Origin: a virus
DNA: 64,000 bases
Strand: one strand, 5' to 3'
IMG/VR virus record: IMGVR_UViG_3300048924_000605
Coordinates: 1 to 64,000 of that record
Shown: in pieces, positions 9,546 to 19,674 of the stretch
How positions within the stretch are numbered: position 1 is the stretch's first letter
Layout of the letters: every line of letters starts with the position of its first letter
The notes under the pieces: generated by a model
Database searches by the model: none
Told to the model about the DNA's origin: nothing
Seen by the model: only the letters and a program-made list of their open reading frames with translations
Position numbers and translations under genes: made by a program

Positions 9546-10277
9546 ATGAACATTCTCAATCGCCGCCGGACCTCAGCCCTTCTTCTGACTGCAGTTGCTC
9601 TCGTCGCCTCGGGCATGCAGCACGCCTGGGCCATCGATATCGTCTTCGACCCCAAGAACACCGCAGAGAGCATGAAGCAGTTGGAGGAGATGAAGCGCTC
9701 CTACGACAAGCTCAACGATCAGTACAAGGAATTGCAGAAGCAGTACAACCAGCAATTGGTGAACGGCGTGGCTTACTTCGGCCGCGATGGAGTGAAGGTC
9801 AAGCTGGACCGCCGCCCGCTTGGGTTCGGGGTCGCCGAGCGATGCACCGACATCAAGAATCCGGGACCTAAGCAGAAGGAACTGTGCGCGGCGCTAGTTC
9901 AGACTCAAAACCGCCAGTTCAACGCGATGGTGGATCTGCAGGAGTTGACCGAAGCGCGCGAGGGCGAACTGAAGGACATCTACAAGGAACGCTCGGAGAT
10001 CAGACCCGACGAAGCGGGTCGGTTGCAGGCCAACAGCAATCGGCTGCTCTCTTTCCAGGCCCGCACCCAGGTCGATCTGCAAAACGCGCAGAACCTGCTG
10101 GAGGCCTATGGCGGGCAAGTCCGCGTGCTCGAGTTGGAGCACTCGAAAGCCGCGCAAGCCGTCATCGATGGCGAACACACCGGCAGCAAGCTCGACCTGA
10201 AGCGGCTTGGGCAGGGCGGAATGCGGGCCGTCGCGCTGAAGACCGCGTTCGAAATTGCGAAACGCCGCGATCGCTGA
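9546..10277 (+). CDS. virB5: VirB5-like T4SS minor pilin
   Basis: Signal peptide, VFDPKN followed by coiled coil (TrbJ/VirB5 pattern), Cys pair; directly precedes virB6. Confidence 0.7.
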   Translation: MNILNRRRTSALLLTAVALVASGMQHAWAIDIVFDPKNTAESMKQLEEMKRSYDKLNDQYKELQKQYNQQLVNGVAYFGRDGVKVKLDRRPLGFGVAERCTDIKNPGPKQKELCAALVQTQNRQFNAMVDLQELTEAREGELKDIYKERSEIRPDEAGRLQANSNRLLSFQARTQVDLQNAQNLLEAYGGQVRVLELEHSKAAQAVIDGEHTGSKLDLKRLGQGGMRAVALKTAFEIAKRRDR

Positions 10278-10316
10278 CCATCAGGCGCTCGGCACCTCTA
10301 TCCAACGGACTTCCCC

Positions 10317-11426
10317 ATGCTCGACCTCTTCGCCGGAACCACTGCTGATCTGCAAAGCGTCCTACGGACTGTCATTCCAGACGGCGTCGACAGCCTCGGA
10401 TTCTTCGCCCTCTTCAAAGACTTCCTCGATGGCGAGATCGCCGAGTACTCGCGCAACCTGCTCCGCCGGGTCGGAACGCTGTCCGCATTTGCCATTACGC
10501 CGCTGGTGACCTTATGGATCATCTACCAGGGCTTTTTGCGGGTTACGGGCCGATCCCAAGAGTCGATGGTGGCCCTGCAGACAGACGCCGCTCGACTAGT
10601 ACTTATCGTCGCAGTTGCGGGTGTCTCGGCGGGCTTTCAGCCCACCCTGTACAAGGGCATGACCGATGGCATGAGCCAAGTCATCAACTACTCCATCAGT
10701 GGAAACGACGAGACCAGCGTCTACGACGATATAGACCAGGCGCTTGCGCTGACGCAACTCGCCATGAGCAGTATCGATCTGCTCGACGTCGGCGAAAACC
10801 AGGCGGCGCTCAAGAAGCGCGACCAAGCGAGCCTCCTGGCCGGTCTCGGTGTCGGCGACCCCGCGGTGGTCGGGGGATGCATGTTGATCTTGAACAAGTT
10901 CGTAATCGCCATGCTCTTGGGCGTCGGTCCGTTCTTCATCCTGTGCCTGATCTTCAAGCAAACCGACGGCCTCTTTAAAGGATGGCTCAACTCCCTGATC
11001 GGATCGCTGATGGCGATGGCCTTCCTGAGCGTGGCGGTGACTCTCGCGATGGACGTGACCCTTGCGCTCGCCGGTGCCTTCTGGGCCACGGAAGGGTTGT
11101 CGAAGCTCCTCGGGATGGGCACAGCGTCGGATGGAATCAACAGTGTCGTGCAAATGCAAGGCGTGCTGGGCTTGGTCTTGTCGACACTGATCATGGGCGC
11201 GCCGCCCGCGGCAGCGATGCTGTTCAGAGGCCTGCTGGCCAACTTCAACCCGTACTCCGTCATGGCCGGTCCCAACGCTGCCTCCAGCGGTCGGACCGGA
11301 TCGGCGCCGATGCCAGGTCAAACACCGTATTCCGGCGCCGCGCCTCAAAGCGCACAACCCCCCATCGACCACACTCGTATCGCGGGCCAGGCCGCCAGCC
11401 GGCCGCGTCCCGACTCCGCAGGCTAA
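10317..11426 (+). CDS. virB6: VirB6/TrbL-family T4SS inner-membrane protein
   Basis: Multi-TM; TLWIIYQG..VTGRSQESM, GPFFILCLIFKQT..LFKGWL, PPAAAMLFRG. Confidence 0.85.
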   Translation: MLDLFAGTTADLQSVLRTVIPDGVDSLGFFALFKDFLDGEIAEYSRNLLRRVGTLSAFAITPLVTLWIIYQGFLRVTGRSQESMVALQTDAARLVLIVAVAGVSAGFQPTLYKGMTDGMSQVINYSISGNDETSVYDDIDQALALTQLAMSSIDLLDVGENQAALKKRDQASLLAGLGVGDPAVVGGCMLILNKFVIAMLLGVGPFFILCLIFKQTDGLFKGWLNSLIGSLMAMAFLSVAVTLAMDVTLALAGAFWATEGLSKLLGMGTASDGINSVVQMQGVLGLVLSTLIMGAPPAAAMLFRGLLANFNPYSVMAGPNAASSGRTGSAPMPGQTPYSGAAPQSAQPPIDHTRIAGQAASRPRPDSAG

Positions 11427-11440
11427 CGCAAGGAATGCCT

Positions 11441-11935
11441 ATGACTCCCAGACTCCTCTTCTGCGCCCTCGGCGCCCTGTCGTTGAGCTTCGCGGGACTC
11501 GCACGCGCGGAGGGCGACTGCCCCTCGGGCTTCTTCCGGTATTCGAATCCGGGCCAGCCGGGCCATTGTGTCCCCATGCCAGCGACCGCGGAACGACAGC
11601 CTGACCGCTGGCAGACCCGATGGGGCGCGATCGCCATCGACCCCACCGCGTCGCGCGGCGGCGCCGGGTTCGTGGTCGGGGAAGCCAGCAAACGTGCCGC
11701 CGAGCGACGGGCGCTTTCGAAGTGCAAGGAAACCGGCGGCGGCCCGGAGTGCGCGGTCACCATCTCGTTCAAGAACCAGTGCGTCGCCACGGCCTGGGGC
11801 AGCAATTACACCCAATCCATGAGCGCCCCGACTCAAGACGAGGCGACACGACTGGCGATGGATGATTGTCGCCAACACGACCCTGCCTGCGAAGTTTTCT
11901 ACGAGGCTTGCAGCTACCCGGAGCAAGTGCGGTAG
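11441..11935 (+). CDS. DUF4189 periplasmic protein
   Basis: Signal peptide, EGDCPSG, WGAIA, paired Cys pattern (C..GG..C..FKNQC..C..C..C). Confidence 0.8.
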   Translation: MTPRLLFCALGALSLSFAGLARAEGDCPSGFFRYSNPGQPGHCVPMPATAERQPDRWQTRWGAIAIDPTASRGGAGFVVGEASKRAAERRALSKCKETGGGPECAVTISFKNQCVATAWGSNYTQSMSAPTQDEATRLAMDDCRQHDPACEVFYEACSYPEQVR

Positions 11936-12014
11936 CGGCGCGGCCGCTCCTCCAACCAGTTCCCACAACCCGACCACAGCCACACTGCTCCTCCGGAGCG
12001 GTCAGGAGGGCTTT

Positions 12015-12662
12015 GTGTCCCAATTCTTACTACCGGCCATGCAAAGGATGCTGCCAACTTGGCTCTGCCGGTTTTTTACACGGGGTCGCCGCACTCCATA
12101 CGGCGCCCTCAACTATGAGACAAAGCTTCTAGCCGCGCGTGCGCTCAGCCTCACGTGGGGAGCCAAGTTGCCTCGCTTCGATACTAGCCCAGTGAAGCTC
12201 GGGCAAGCCGCTCGGCCGGTGATCCACAAGCACCTCGCGAGCACCCTGAGCCATCTGGATCGCAAGACGGTGGCGACGCACCGATTCGGCCTGACCTTAC
12301 TGATCCACGATCTACTCGCCCGCGAACTCCAGATCCCGCTGCTTCTAACCGCGGGGTTCGTCTACCAGCAAGGCGAGCGCCTCAACTACACACCCGTGGA
12401 GCAGATCGAGAAGCTTCTGCATAGCAAATCGGCCGTCGGGACCGATTTTCCACTTCACATCTGGCTGACCCTGCCCAGCCACGAGATCGTCGATGCGACC
12501 TTCTGGGCAGCGTTTCCAGCGCTTACGGGAAGCGAAGAGCGCGCGAGGCGCGGCGTCATGTTGGACCCGGCCGACTGGGCTGCTCGGAGCTACCACCCGC
12601 AATGGGTCGGCGAAGGAGTCGTCCGGCGCCTGGGGCTCTTGAAGGAGAACGAAGGATGGTGA
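12015..12662 (+). CDS. hypothetical protein
   Basis: AGGAGG RBS before GTG; HIWL..EIVDAT resembles the His/Asp strands of transglutaminase-like folds, without an obvious Cys. Confidence 0.55.
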   Translation: MSQFLLPAMQRMLPTWLCRFFTRGRRTPYGALNYETKLLAARALSLTWGAKLPRFDTSPVKLGQAARPVIHKHLASTLSHLDRKTVATHRFGLTLLIHDLLARELQIPLLLTAGFVYQQGERLNYTPVEQIEKLLHSKSAVGTDFPLHIWLTLPSHEIVDATFWAAFPALTGSEERARRGVMLDPADWAARSYHPQWVGEGVVRRLGLLKENEGW

Positions 12663-12985
12663 CCCCAGAAGTGATTCGATACGACGTCGTATACCGAGGC
12701 GTCCTCGACTGGCATGTGCATGTCGAAGGCGTGGATGATCCGGCCGCTTTTGCTACGCGTGGAGCCTGCATCATCGCGGCCAATGTCCGGGCGAAGGCTC
12801 GGCATACCGACACTGGCGCCACGACCGAAGTCTGGGCACCGGGCCCGGGCGCCGTGCCGGAACTGCAAATCCGCTACCTCAAGCCTGAGGCCTTTTCCGA
12901 GCTCTTGCTGACGGCGAAGCCGAATTTTGAACTGATCGGCGCCAGCTACGCCTATGGCCCGCTGTTCACGCGCTTGGGAAATTGA
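12656..12985 (+). CDS. small hypothetical protein (DUF2188-like)
   Basis: AAGGAG RBS; W-x-V..F-x-T..A pattern. Confidence 0.45.
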   Translation: MVTPEVIRYDVVYRGVLDWHVHVEGVDDPAAFATRGACIIAANVRAKARHTDTGATTEVWAPGPGAVPELQIRYLKPEAFSELLLTAKPNFELIGASYAYGPLFTRLGN

Positions 12986-12991
12986 CCAAGC

Positions 12992-13225
12992 ATGCCAATC
13001 ATCACCCGCAAGCCCTGCCAGGGCATTTTCATCGGCCACGAAATCGGAGTGCGCGTGTTCCGTGTGCGGAACGGCCAGGTGCGCTTCGGACTGACCGCCC
13101 CGCGTGACGTGCTGATCCTCCGCTCCGAGCTTCTGCAAGGCCCCCAGCGAGCGGGGATCCCGTGGCGCACGTCACCCGGAAAGAAGGCTGCTCGCCGGCT
13201 CCCCCCTGACTCGGTAGAGCGCTGA
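12992..13225 (+). CDS. csrA: divergent CsrA/RsmA-family RNA-binding protein
   Basis: MPIITRK..IFIGHEIGVRV..GQVRFGLTAPRDVLILRSEL aligns with CsrA, including the Arg44 equivalent. Confidence 0.8.
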   Translation: MPIITRKPCQGIFIGHEIGVRVFRVRNGQVRFGLTAPRDVLILRSELLQGPQRAGIPWRTSPGKKAARRLPPDSVER

Positions 13226-13533
13226 TGGCGGTCGCGGTGGCGCCCGCCGGCAATGGGGCCGGCGGGCCGCGCCACATTCAGGCTTCAGGGCCTCCGATCT
13301 CAGGCCGCGAAACGCTTGTCATGCAACTTGAGCCCGGTGATGATGGCCACCGCGGCCACATGGATCTTGTGGCTCGGTCTAGCACTGACACGGAAGCGTC
13401 CTACTGTGCATCTCGGCCTAATACGCGCCCCTGCCGCCCGCATCCGGGACGCTTCGTCGTGCCCGATCATTTCTCCTCCCTAGGCACAGGCGCCCTGCCT
13501 GTGCTGCATCACCGTGCTAAAAGGAGTTGTCTC

Positions 13534-16500
13534 GTGAATCAACGTGGTCGGTACCCCGCCGAAGAAAGAAAAAACCGCAGTAAAAGCTGTCCAGATCAAA
13601 CATTGCGGCGCTTGTTGATAACCAGTTTGGTCTGTGTGGTCGTCAGTGCATCCTTTGCAGCTGTCGCGCAAACCACACCTTGGAAGTGGGACCTCACGAT
13701 CAACGACCAGTTCGGGAATGCGCTGGAAACCAAGTCGTTCACGAGCCGAGCCGAAGCAGAGTATTACCTGTGGTCGTCCTCGCCGCTGAACGATACGCTG
13801 CGCGAAGTTTCCTACGTCCGCACGACGGATCGGTCCGAGTACAAGTACGCCGGCTCTCGCTACACCACGACCCCCGGGCCGTACCAGTTCCAGGCACCTC
13901 ATGTGCAAAAAGTCGGCGCCGAAAGATGGGAGTGGGTATGGTCCTGGTACGAATCAGAAGCCCAGGCCGACCGTGCCTACCAAGACGGCATCACCTTTTG
14001 GTGGGGGCCGTACAACGGCGCCTGCAATCCCATCATTGAGCGCAAGGACTGGCGAGCGACCCCTCCAGACCCCTTTGCCAGGCAGCAACGGGAGTACAAG
14101 ATCACCCGATTCATGCAGGGCGACGGGAACTGCCGAGAGGACTTGGCCATCGTCGGTTCCGAGTTCGAACTCAGCAGACAACGCATCACCAATCACGACT
14201 ACGTCAAGCAGCAAGACGGCAACTTTTTCGGTGACCCCGCGCCGTTCACCGGCCAAGTCACCAGCGAAATCCTTCACGATGGTCCGCCAGGATCTGACGG
14301 AAACTTTTCGCAGGACGAATGGTCTGTTCGCAGCCGTCGCACCGCCAAGCTGATCGGTCAACCCAACGTCTGCGCGCCGATCAAGGGCAACCCCTGTGAC
14401 ATCTCCCGCGGCTCGAAACATGAGGCCGCAGCCGACAGCCAGGGACTGGGGCTACTTGACCTGGTTCGCCAGTACAACTCGACGGACTCTGGCGGCAGCT
14501 TTGGGCGCGGTTGGCGCGGCCCCTTTGAGTACGTCTTGATGCGGGCAGGCGATGGCAACAGCTATGTGCTGACCGCTCCGGATGGGAAACAGACCAATTT
14601 GACCACCTGGGCCGGCGCGGTAGGCAACAGCACGATGTACCGCAGCCAGGACAATCGGTCCGTGACCCTGACACGCTATTACGACGCAGAGGTGGGAGAA
14701 CGCGTTCGAGTGGAGTTTCCCGATCGTTCGCTCCTGTTCGGATCCCCGACCAAAGGAACGACGGCTAAACCCAGTGAGATAACCTACGGCGGGGATCGCA
14801 CCGTCAGCCTCCGCTACGATGCCCTCGACCGCTTGGAGCGCGCGGAGTACCTGGGTCGCTCGGTGACCTACCTTTACGAGTATGCCGACACCGAGCGCAC
14901 GCACAAAGTGACCGGCGCGGTGCTGCCGGACGGCCGCAGGCTTACCTACGAATACAGCGCCACCGGACTGCTGGAACGCGTTTCCGACGCCGCCGGCGAG
15001 CGTTTCAGGTATGGCTACAAGCCGGGGACGTCGTTGCTGGCGTCGATCCTGGAAGGTGGCGAGCATCGGCGCGACTACCAGTACGACGACCTCCGCCGTC
15101 TGATCGGCTCCACCAACGGCCCCGCGGCGCACACCTACAGCTACACGCCGACGCAAACCCGGGTCACCTTCCCGAGTGGTCGGCAGGAGGTAACCGATTT
15201 CGAGTCGTCGGTTCTGCGCCGCCCGCTCCGGGAGGAAGTGGTGGGAGGCCTCATCACGACGACGGCCTATACGGACTACAACGACACGATCACCGAGACC
15301 AACAACGCCGGACTGAAGACCGTCACCAAGTACGACTCCACCACCCAAACGGTTACTGCGTATCTAAACGGAACGCTGGATCGAACGCGCGTGACGACCT
15401 TCGAGGCCGGGACTTCACGCCCGACGCGCGTGGAAATCAGGAATGCATCAGGCAGCGTGGTGCAACGCACCGACTATGCCTACAACTCGCGCCGCCAACT
15501 GGCGGCGGTGACGCAGGTCGATCCGACCACGTCCGAGCAACGGACGGTGGCGTTCGGCTATTGCGAAGACAGCGATCTGACCGACCCCGCCTCTACCTGC
15601 ACGACGGTGGGCGCCCTCAAAAGCAGCGACGGTCCGCGCACGGACGTCAACGACGTCCTCCGCTATGCCTACTACGTGAGCGATGCCCCCAGCTGCGCCA
15701 CGCCCAGCGGCCCATGTCCGTATCGCCAGGGGGACCTGCGGAAGGTGTCCGACCCGCTAGGCCACAGCTACGAGTTGCTCGCCTACGATGGCGGCGGCCG
15801 GGTAGTGCGATCGAGGGATGCGAACGGGGTCATCACCCAAGTCGATTACGACGGCCGCGGCCGGCCGATCGCGCAGATCGTGCGCGGCCCGGATGACGCG
15901 GTGGAGACCGACGACCGGATCACCCGGTTCGAGTACCGCCCCAGCGGCGCGGTCAAGCAGGTCACCTTGCCGGACGGCACATACATCCGCTTCACCTATG
16001 ACCCGGCGCTGCGCCTGACCGACATCACCGACAGCGTCGGCGACACGGTCCATTACACGCTCGATGACGCCGGCCACCGCAAGCAAGAGGACACCCAGGC
16101 CGGCGGCGTCACGGTTCGGCGGACGCTGTCGCGAGTGTTCAACGCGCTGGGGCAACTGGAGGCGGTCAAAGATGCCGCCCAGAATGCCACCGGCTTGCGG
16201 TACGACCTGAACGAGAATCCGGATCGAATCACCGATGCGATGGGGCGGAAGAACGACCAAGTTTACGACCCCATCGGTCGCTTGACGCAGATTCTGCAGG
16301 ATGTGGGTGGCTTGGAGGTTAAGACGCAAATCCGGTACACCGCGCTGGACCAGATCGCCCAGGTCACGGATCCCAAAGGCCTGAACACGGTTTACAGCTA
16401 CAACGGCTTCGGTGAGCAGACGCAGGTGACCAGCCCGGATACCGGGGTCACAGACTACACCTATACTGCCGCCGGCCTACTTGCGACCAGGAAGGACGCC

Positions 16501-18495
16501 AACGACGCTGCGGCACATAAGTACAGCTACGATGCCCTGAATCGTCCGACGGCAATTTTCTACTCAGCGACCGGGCCGGCCGATGTCGAATACACCTACG
16601 ACACCGTCAACGCCGAATGCGCTGCGGAGCAGACGTTTGCTCTCGGCCGGCTGACCGCTACGCGGACAGAAGGCATCGAACTGAAGTACTGCTACGATCG
16701 CTTCGGCCAGGTCGTGCGTAAGGTTCAGATCGTCGCCGGCAAGAGCTTTACGCTGCAGTATGCCTACACACCGGCGGGCAACGTGAGCACTATCACGTAC
16801 CCCGACGGCGCCGTTGTGGATTACGTCCGCGACGGCAAAGCGAGGATCAAGGAAATCGGCATTCGGCCGAATGGCGGAACACGTACCACGCTCTTGAGCA
16901 ATGCGACCTACGAACCATTCGGCCCGGCTACCGGCTGGACCTACGGCAACGGTCGTAGTTTGGGCCGTACCTATGACCGAGATTATCGCCCGAAAAGCAT
17001 CCTGGATAGCGCTGCAGGCGGGCTGTCGATGGGTTATGGCTACAACACAGTTGGAGACCTTACCGAACTCAAGGACGGCCTGTTCAGCATTAATCATGCC
17101 AAATACGACTACGACACGCTTAGCCGCCTGACGGTGACGCGTGACGGAGCATCTAGCACGCCGCTAGAAACCTACGGATACGACAAGACCGGCAATCGGA
17201 GCAGTGTCAAGCGCGGAACCGTGACTGAAAGCTATACCTACCCCGTTACCAGTCACCGATTAACCAAAGTCGGAACGGTTGCGCGAGCGTACGATGCCGC
17301 TGGCAACACCATCAGCATCGGCGGCACAGCTAGGCAATTCGTCTACAACGCCAATGATCGCCTGAGTCAGTTGAAGCTATCCGGTACCGTCAAGGCAAGC
17401 TATCGATACAACTCAATCGGTCAGCGCGTTGCGACTACCGAGTCAGCGACTAACACGATCGACACTTACACGCTGTACGACGAGGCCGGCAAATGGATCG
17501 GCGATTACGACGCCCAGGGCAACGCCAAGCAACAGGCAGTATGGTTCGGCACAGCTCCCGTCGGCCTGCTCGTTGGCAGCGGCATCAGTCAGACCTTGAA
17601 GTATGTTGAGCCGGATCACCTGGGCACCCCGCGAGCCGTGATCGACCCCACCCGCAACGTCGCCATCTGGACATGGGATGCCAAGAGCGAGATGTTCGGC
17701 AACAGCCCGCCGAATCAAGATCCAGATCTAGATGGAACTGCGTTCGTTTTCAACATGCGTTTCCCAGGCCAGCGCTTTGATGCCGCCAGCGGCTTAGTTC
17801 ACAACTATTTCCGCGACTACGATCCGTCGATCGGGCGCTACATTCAAAGCGACCCGATTGGCCTGTCGGGCGGCGTCAGCACCTACCTGTATGTTAACGG
17901 CGCTCCTGGAAGCTTGTCCGATATGTACGGACTTGCTACTGGGTTGATCGAGTGCGCGAGGTGCGTAGGAAGTCCAGATAAGCCGTCTCATGACAGCTGG
18001 TCAATGATGCAAGTCAACCCCGCATTCCGGGACAAAATATCCGTTTCGACTGAGGATGGCGTAGTAGTCATTCGCGGAGACCTAACGGTCTCTGGCGTCG
18101 GCTCAACACATGCAGCGAAAGACATCAATCGTTACTGGAACGGCGCTAGCGGAATTTACGAGGGGACTGAGTATAGATCCGAAATAAATGTGACCCGCGT
18201 CAATCGAAACGGGGACGTGACGATCAAGATGCGTACTGTCAAAGACTGGGAAAGGAGAAACGCATCCCTTTGCTCCGGCGTGTCAGCGGCAAGTGCCGAT
18301 GTAGGCGGGCCGGAGATCATGGTTGCCCCATACCCCAGCCTATGGCAAGCAGACAGTGTCATTGCCCACGAGTTCGGACATAACTTGGGGCTGGATCACG
18401 CCCCCAAAGGACAGGGCACTATGATGGGTTACGATGAGCCGCCGAAGCTAATGGGAAGAGACCTCTTCAACGTCGCCAGCGGATACAAAAAATGA
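13534..18495 (+). CDS. Rhs/YD-repeat protein with Sec-like signal and C-terminal zinc metalloprotease toxin domain
   Basis: AAAAGGAG RBS before GTG 13534; hydrophobic signal ..SFAAVA-Q; YD repeats; core FPGQ..YFRDYDPSIGRYIQSDPIGL..DMYGL; HEFGHNLGLDH plus Met-turn. Confidence 0.9.
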   Translation: MNQRGRYPAEERKNRSKSCPDQTLRRLLITSLVCVVVSASFAAVAQTTPWKWDLTINDQFGNALETKSFTSRAEAEYYLWSSSPLNDTLREVSYVRTTDRSEYKYAGSRYTTTPGPYQFQAPHVQKVGAERWEWVWSWYESEAQADRAYQDGITFWWGPYNGACNPIIERKDWRATPPDPFARQQREYKITRFMQGDGNCREDLAIVGSEFELSRQRITNHDYVKQQDGNFFGDPAPFTGQVTSEILHDGPPGSDGNFSQDEWSVRSRRTAKLIGQPNVCAPIKGNPCDISRGSKHEAAADSQGLGLLDLVRQYNSTDSGGSFGRGWRGPFEYVLMRAGDGNSYVLTAPDGKQTNLTTWAGAVGNSTMYRSQDNRSVTLTRYYDAEVGERVRVEFPDRSLLFGSPTKGTTAKPSEITYGGDRTVSLRYDALDRLERAEYLGRSVTYLYEYADTERTHKVTGAVLPDGRRLTYEYSATGLLERVSDAAGERFRYGYKPGTSLLASILEGGEHRRDYQYDDLRRLIGSTNGPAAHTYSYTPTQTRVTFPSGRQEVTDFESSVLRRPLREEVVGGLITTTAYTDYNDTITETNNAGLKTVTKYDSTTQTVTAYLNGTLDRTRVTTFEAGTSRPTRVEIRNASGSVVQRTDYAYNSRRQLAAVTQVDPTTSEQRTVAFGYCEDSDLTDPASTCTTVGALKSSDGPRTDVNDVLRYAYYVSDAPSCATPSGPCPYRQGDLRKVSDPLGHSYELLAYDGGGRVVRSRDANGVITQVDYDGRGRPIAQIVRGPDDAVETDDRITRFEYRPSGAVKQVTLPDGTYIRFTYDPALRLTDITDSVGDTVHYTLDDAGHRKQEDTQAGGVTVRRTLSRVFNALGQLEAVKDAAQNATGLRYDLNENPDRITDAMGRKNDQVYDPIGRLTQILQDVGGLEVKTQIRYTALDQIAQVTDPKGLNTVYSYNGFGEQTQVTSPDTGVTDYTYTAAGLLATRKDANDAAAHKYSYDALNRPTAIFYSATGPADVEYTYDTVNAECAAEQTFALGRLTATRTEGIELKYCYDRFGQVVRKVQIVAGKSFTLQYAYTPAGNVSTITYPDGAVVDYVRDGKARIKEIGIRPNGGTRTTLLSNATYEPFGPATGWTYGNGRSLGRTYDRDYRPKSILDSAAGGLSMGYGYNTVGDLTELKDGLFSINHAKYDYDTLSRLTVTRDGASSTPLETYGYDKTGNRSSVKRGTVTESYTYPVTSHRLTKVGTVARAYDAAGNTISIGGTARQFVYNANDRLSQLKLSGTVKASYRYNSIGQRVATTESATNTIDTYTLYDEAGKWIGDYDAQGNAKQQAVWFGTAPVGLLVGSGISQTLKYVEPDHLGTPRAVIDPTRNVAIWTWDAKSEMFGNSPPNQDPDLDGTAFVFNMRFPGQRFDAASGLVHNYFRDYDPSIGRYIQSDPIGLSGGVSTYLYVNGAPGSLSDMYGLATGLIECARCVGSPDKPSHDSWSMMQVNPAFRDKISVSTEDGVVVIRGDLTVSGVGSTHAAKDINRYWNGASGIYEGTEYRSEINVTRVNRNGDVTIKMRTVKDWERRNASLCSGVSAASADVGGPEIMVAPYPSLWQADSVIAHEFGHNLGLDHAPKGQGTMMGYDEPPKLMGRDLFNVASGYKK

Positions 18496-19139
18496 AAAAC
18501 TACGCCCACTCGCTTTTAGCAATCGCCCTCTTGGTGATTTGGTCAAACTGCGCGGCGACCCCGCAATTAGACCATGATGCGCTTTCCAAGATCGCGAAAT
18601 CTCAGAGTCTCTCTTCGATCTGGAGACAAAGTGTTCAGCCGGGTGTTGCACCGGATGCAGACTATGTTGCCTTTTTCTATTCAAAGCCTAAGAAGATAGC
18701 TAAAGACGTCTGCGCCATACATGAAACCATGCTCAGCATAAGGATGCTGGGAACAACGAAAGACGTTGTAGATCGCACTGAAAGTGATCGTATTGCCTTC
18801 AAAAAATGCCAGGGATTGGAGCCGGAAGATTTTGTTCAGATATCAAACAACACCGACAAAATCCCTACACATGAAGTAGTTCGAATACTTCAAGGCGGCC
18901 TCCCGACATTCGGCGGACTTCCATCATCAATACAAGGCGCCCCCGAGCTAAGGCAGTGCTTCAACAGCTTGAGCGCAACGAATCTCGCGAGCGTTTTTGT
19001 TTACTCCGCATCTCAAGTTTCCGCCATCTTCACTGCTGGCGGAACTTGCTCCAAGGAAGTCGAGGCCAAGTTGATACGATCAGAAGATGGAACGATTCAC
19101 ACCACCCTCCAAGAAGCCTTATCACCGTATATCAAATGA
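18492..19139 (+). CDS. putative exported immunity protein of the Rhs toxin
   Basis: 4-nt overlap with the rhs stop, low GC, signal peptide. Confidence 0.6.
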   Translation: MKNYAHSLLAIALLVIWSNCAATPQLDHDALSKIAKSQSLSSIWRQSVQPGVAPDADYVAFFYSKPKKIAKDVCAIHETMLSIRMLGTTKDVVDRTESDRIAFKKCQGLEPEDFVQISNNTDKIPTHEVVRILQGGLPTFGGLPSSIQGAPELRQCFNSLSATNLASVFVYSASQVSAIFTAGGTCSKEVEAKLIRSEDGTIHTTLQEALSPYIK

Positions 19140-19199
19140 TGAAAAGTGAGGCGATCTAGCTTGCTAGTCCGCTTTAGTCACGCCAGACTGTAGATCGTA

Positions 19200-19227
19200 G
19201 GGAGGAGCATTTGCTCCTCCCTTTTTT
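19200..19227 (+). terminator. rho-independent terminator
   Basis: GGGAGGAGCA-TT-TGCTCCTCCC followed by a T run, between convergent genes. Confidence 0.85.
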
Positions 19228-19229
19228 GT

Positions 19230-19673
19230 TCATGCGTCCGAGCAGTATGTAATGTTGTCCAGTGTCAGCCATGCAACTTGTGTACTCGGCGGCAAGCCAA
19301 CGAACACCTCTCCATTCGTCCGAACGTCAATCCGTGTCGGCGCGCCGGCATCGCTCAGCGTCGTCAAGATCAACTGCGCGGACGGGCGAAACGCTGCGGG
19401 CAGTACGAACACCACTGTTCCGCCTGCTCCGCCCTTCACCACGCCGCGCAACTGCACGCGGTTCCCATCCTTTCGGTAGCCGACCGGAGCAAACACATCT
19501 CCGAAATTCGTCCAAGGCGCGTTGAGCGTCGGCGCCGTCCACGCGCCCTTACGCGCATCGGCCAGCGCGGCGACGGTGGTTCGCCGGGTCTGACCCCCTT
19601 GCACCACCGGCACGATTTCATCGCCGGTCAGCGCACTCGCCGCCGGCAACTGGGACAGTTTCAGGTTCGCCAT
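19230..19673 (-). CDS. small tail fibre/tip protein
   Basis: MANLKLSQLP N-terminal motif; YRKDGNRVQLRG..FVLPAAFRP fibre C-terminal-type fold. Confidence 0.7.
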   Translation of the reverse strand: MANLKLSQLPAASALTGDEIVPVVQGGQTRRTTVAALADARKGAWTAPTLNAPWTNFGDVFAPVGYRKDGNRVQLRGVVKGGAGGTVVFVLPAAFRPSAQLILTTLSDAGAPTRIDVRTNGEVFVGLPPSTQVAWLTLDNITYCSDA

Positions 19674-19674
19674 G

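Noticed and set aside
9546-11426. Conjugative element/ICE
   Set aside because: No relaxase, coupling protein, VirB4 or integrase in the window.
13225-13533. N-terminal extension of the Rhs ORF
   Set aside because: A strong RBS with GTG at 13534 followed by a signal peptide is the better start.
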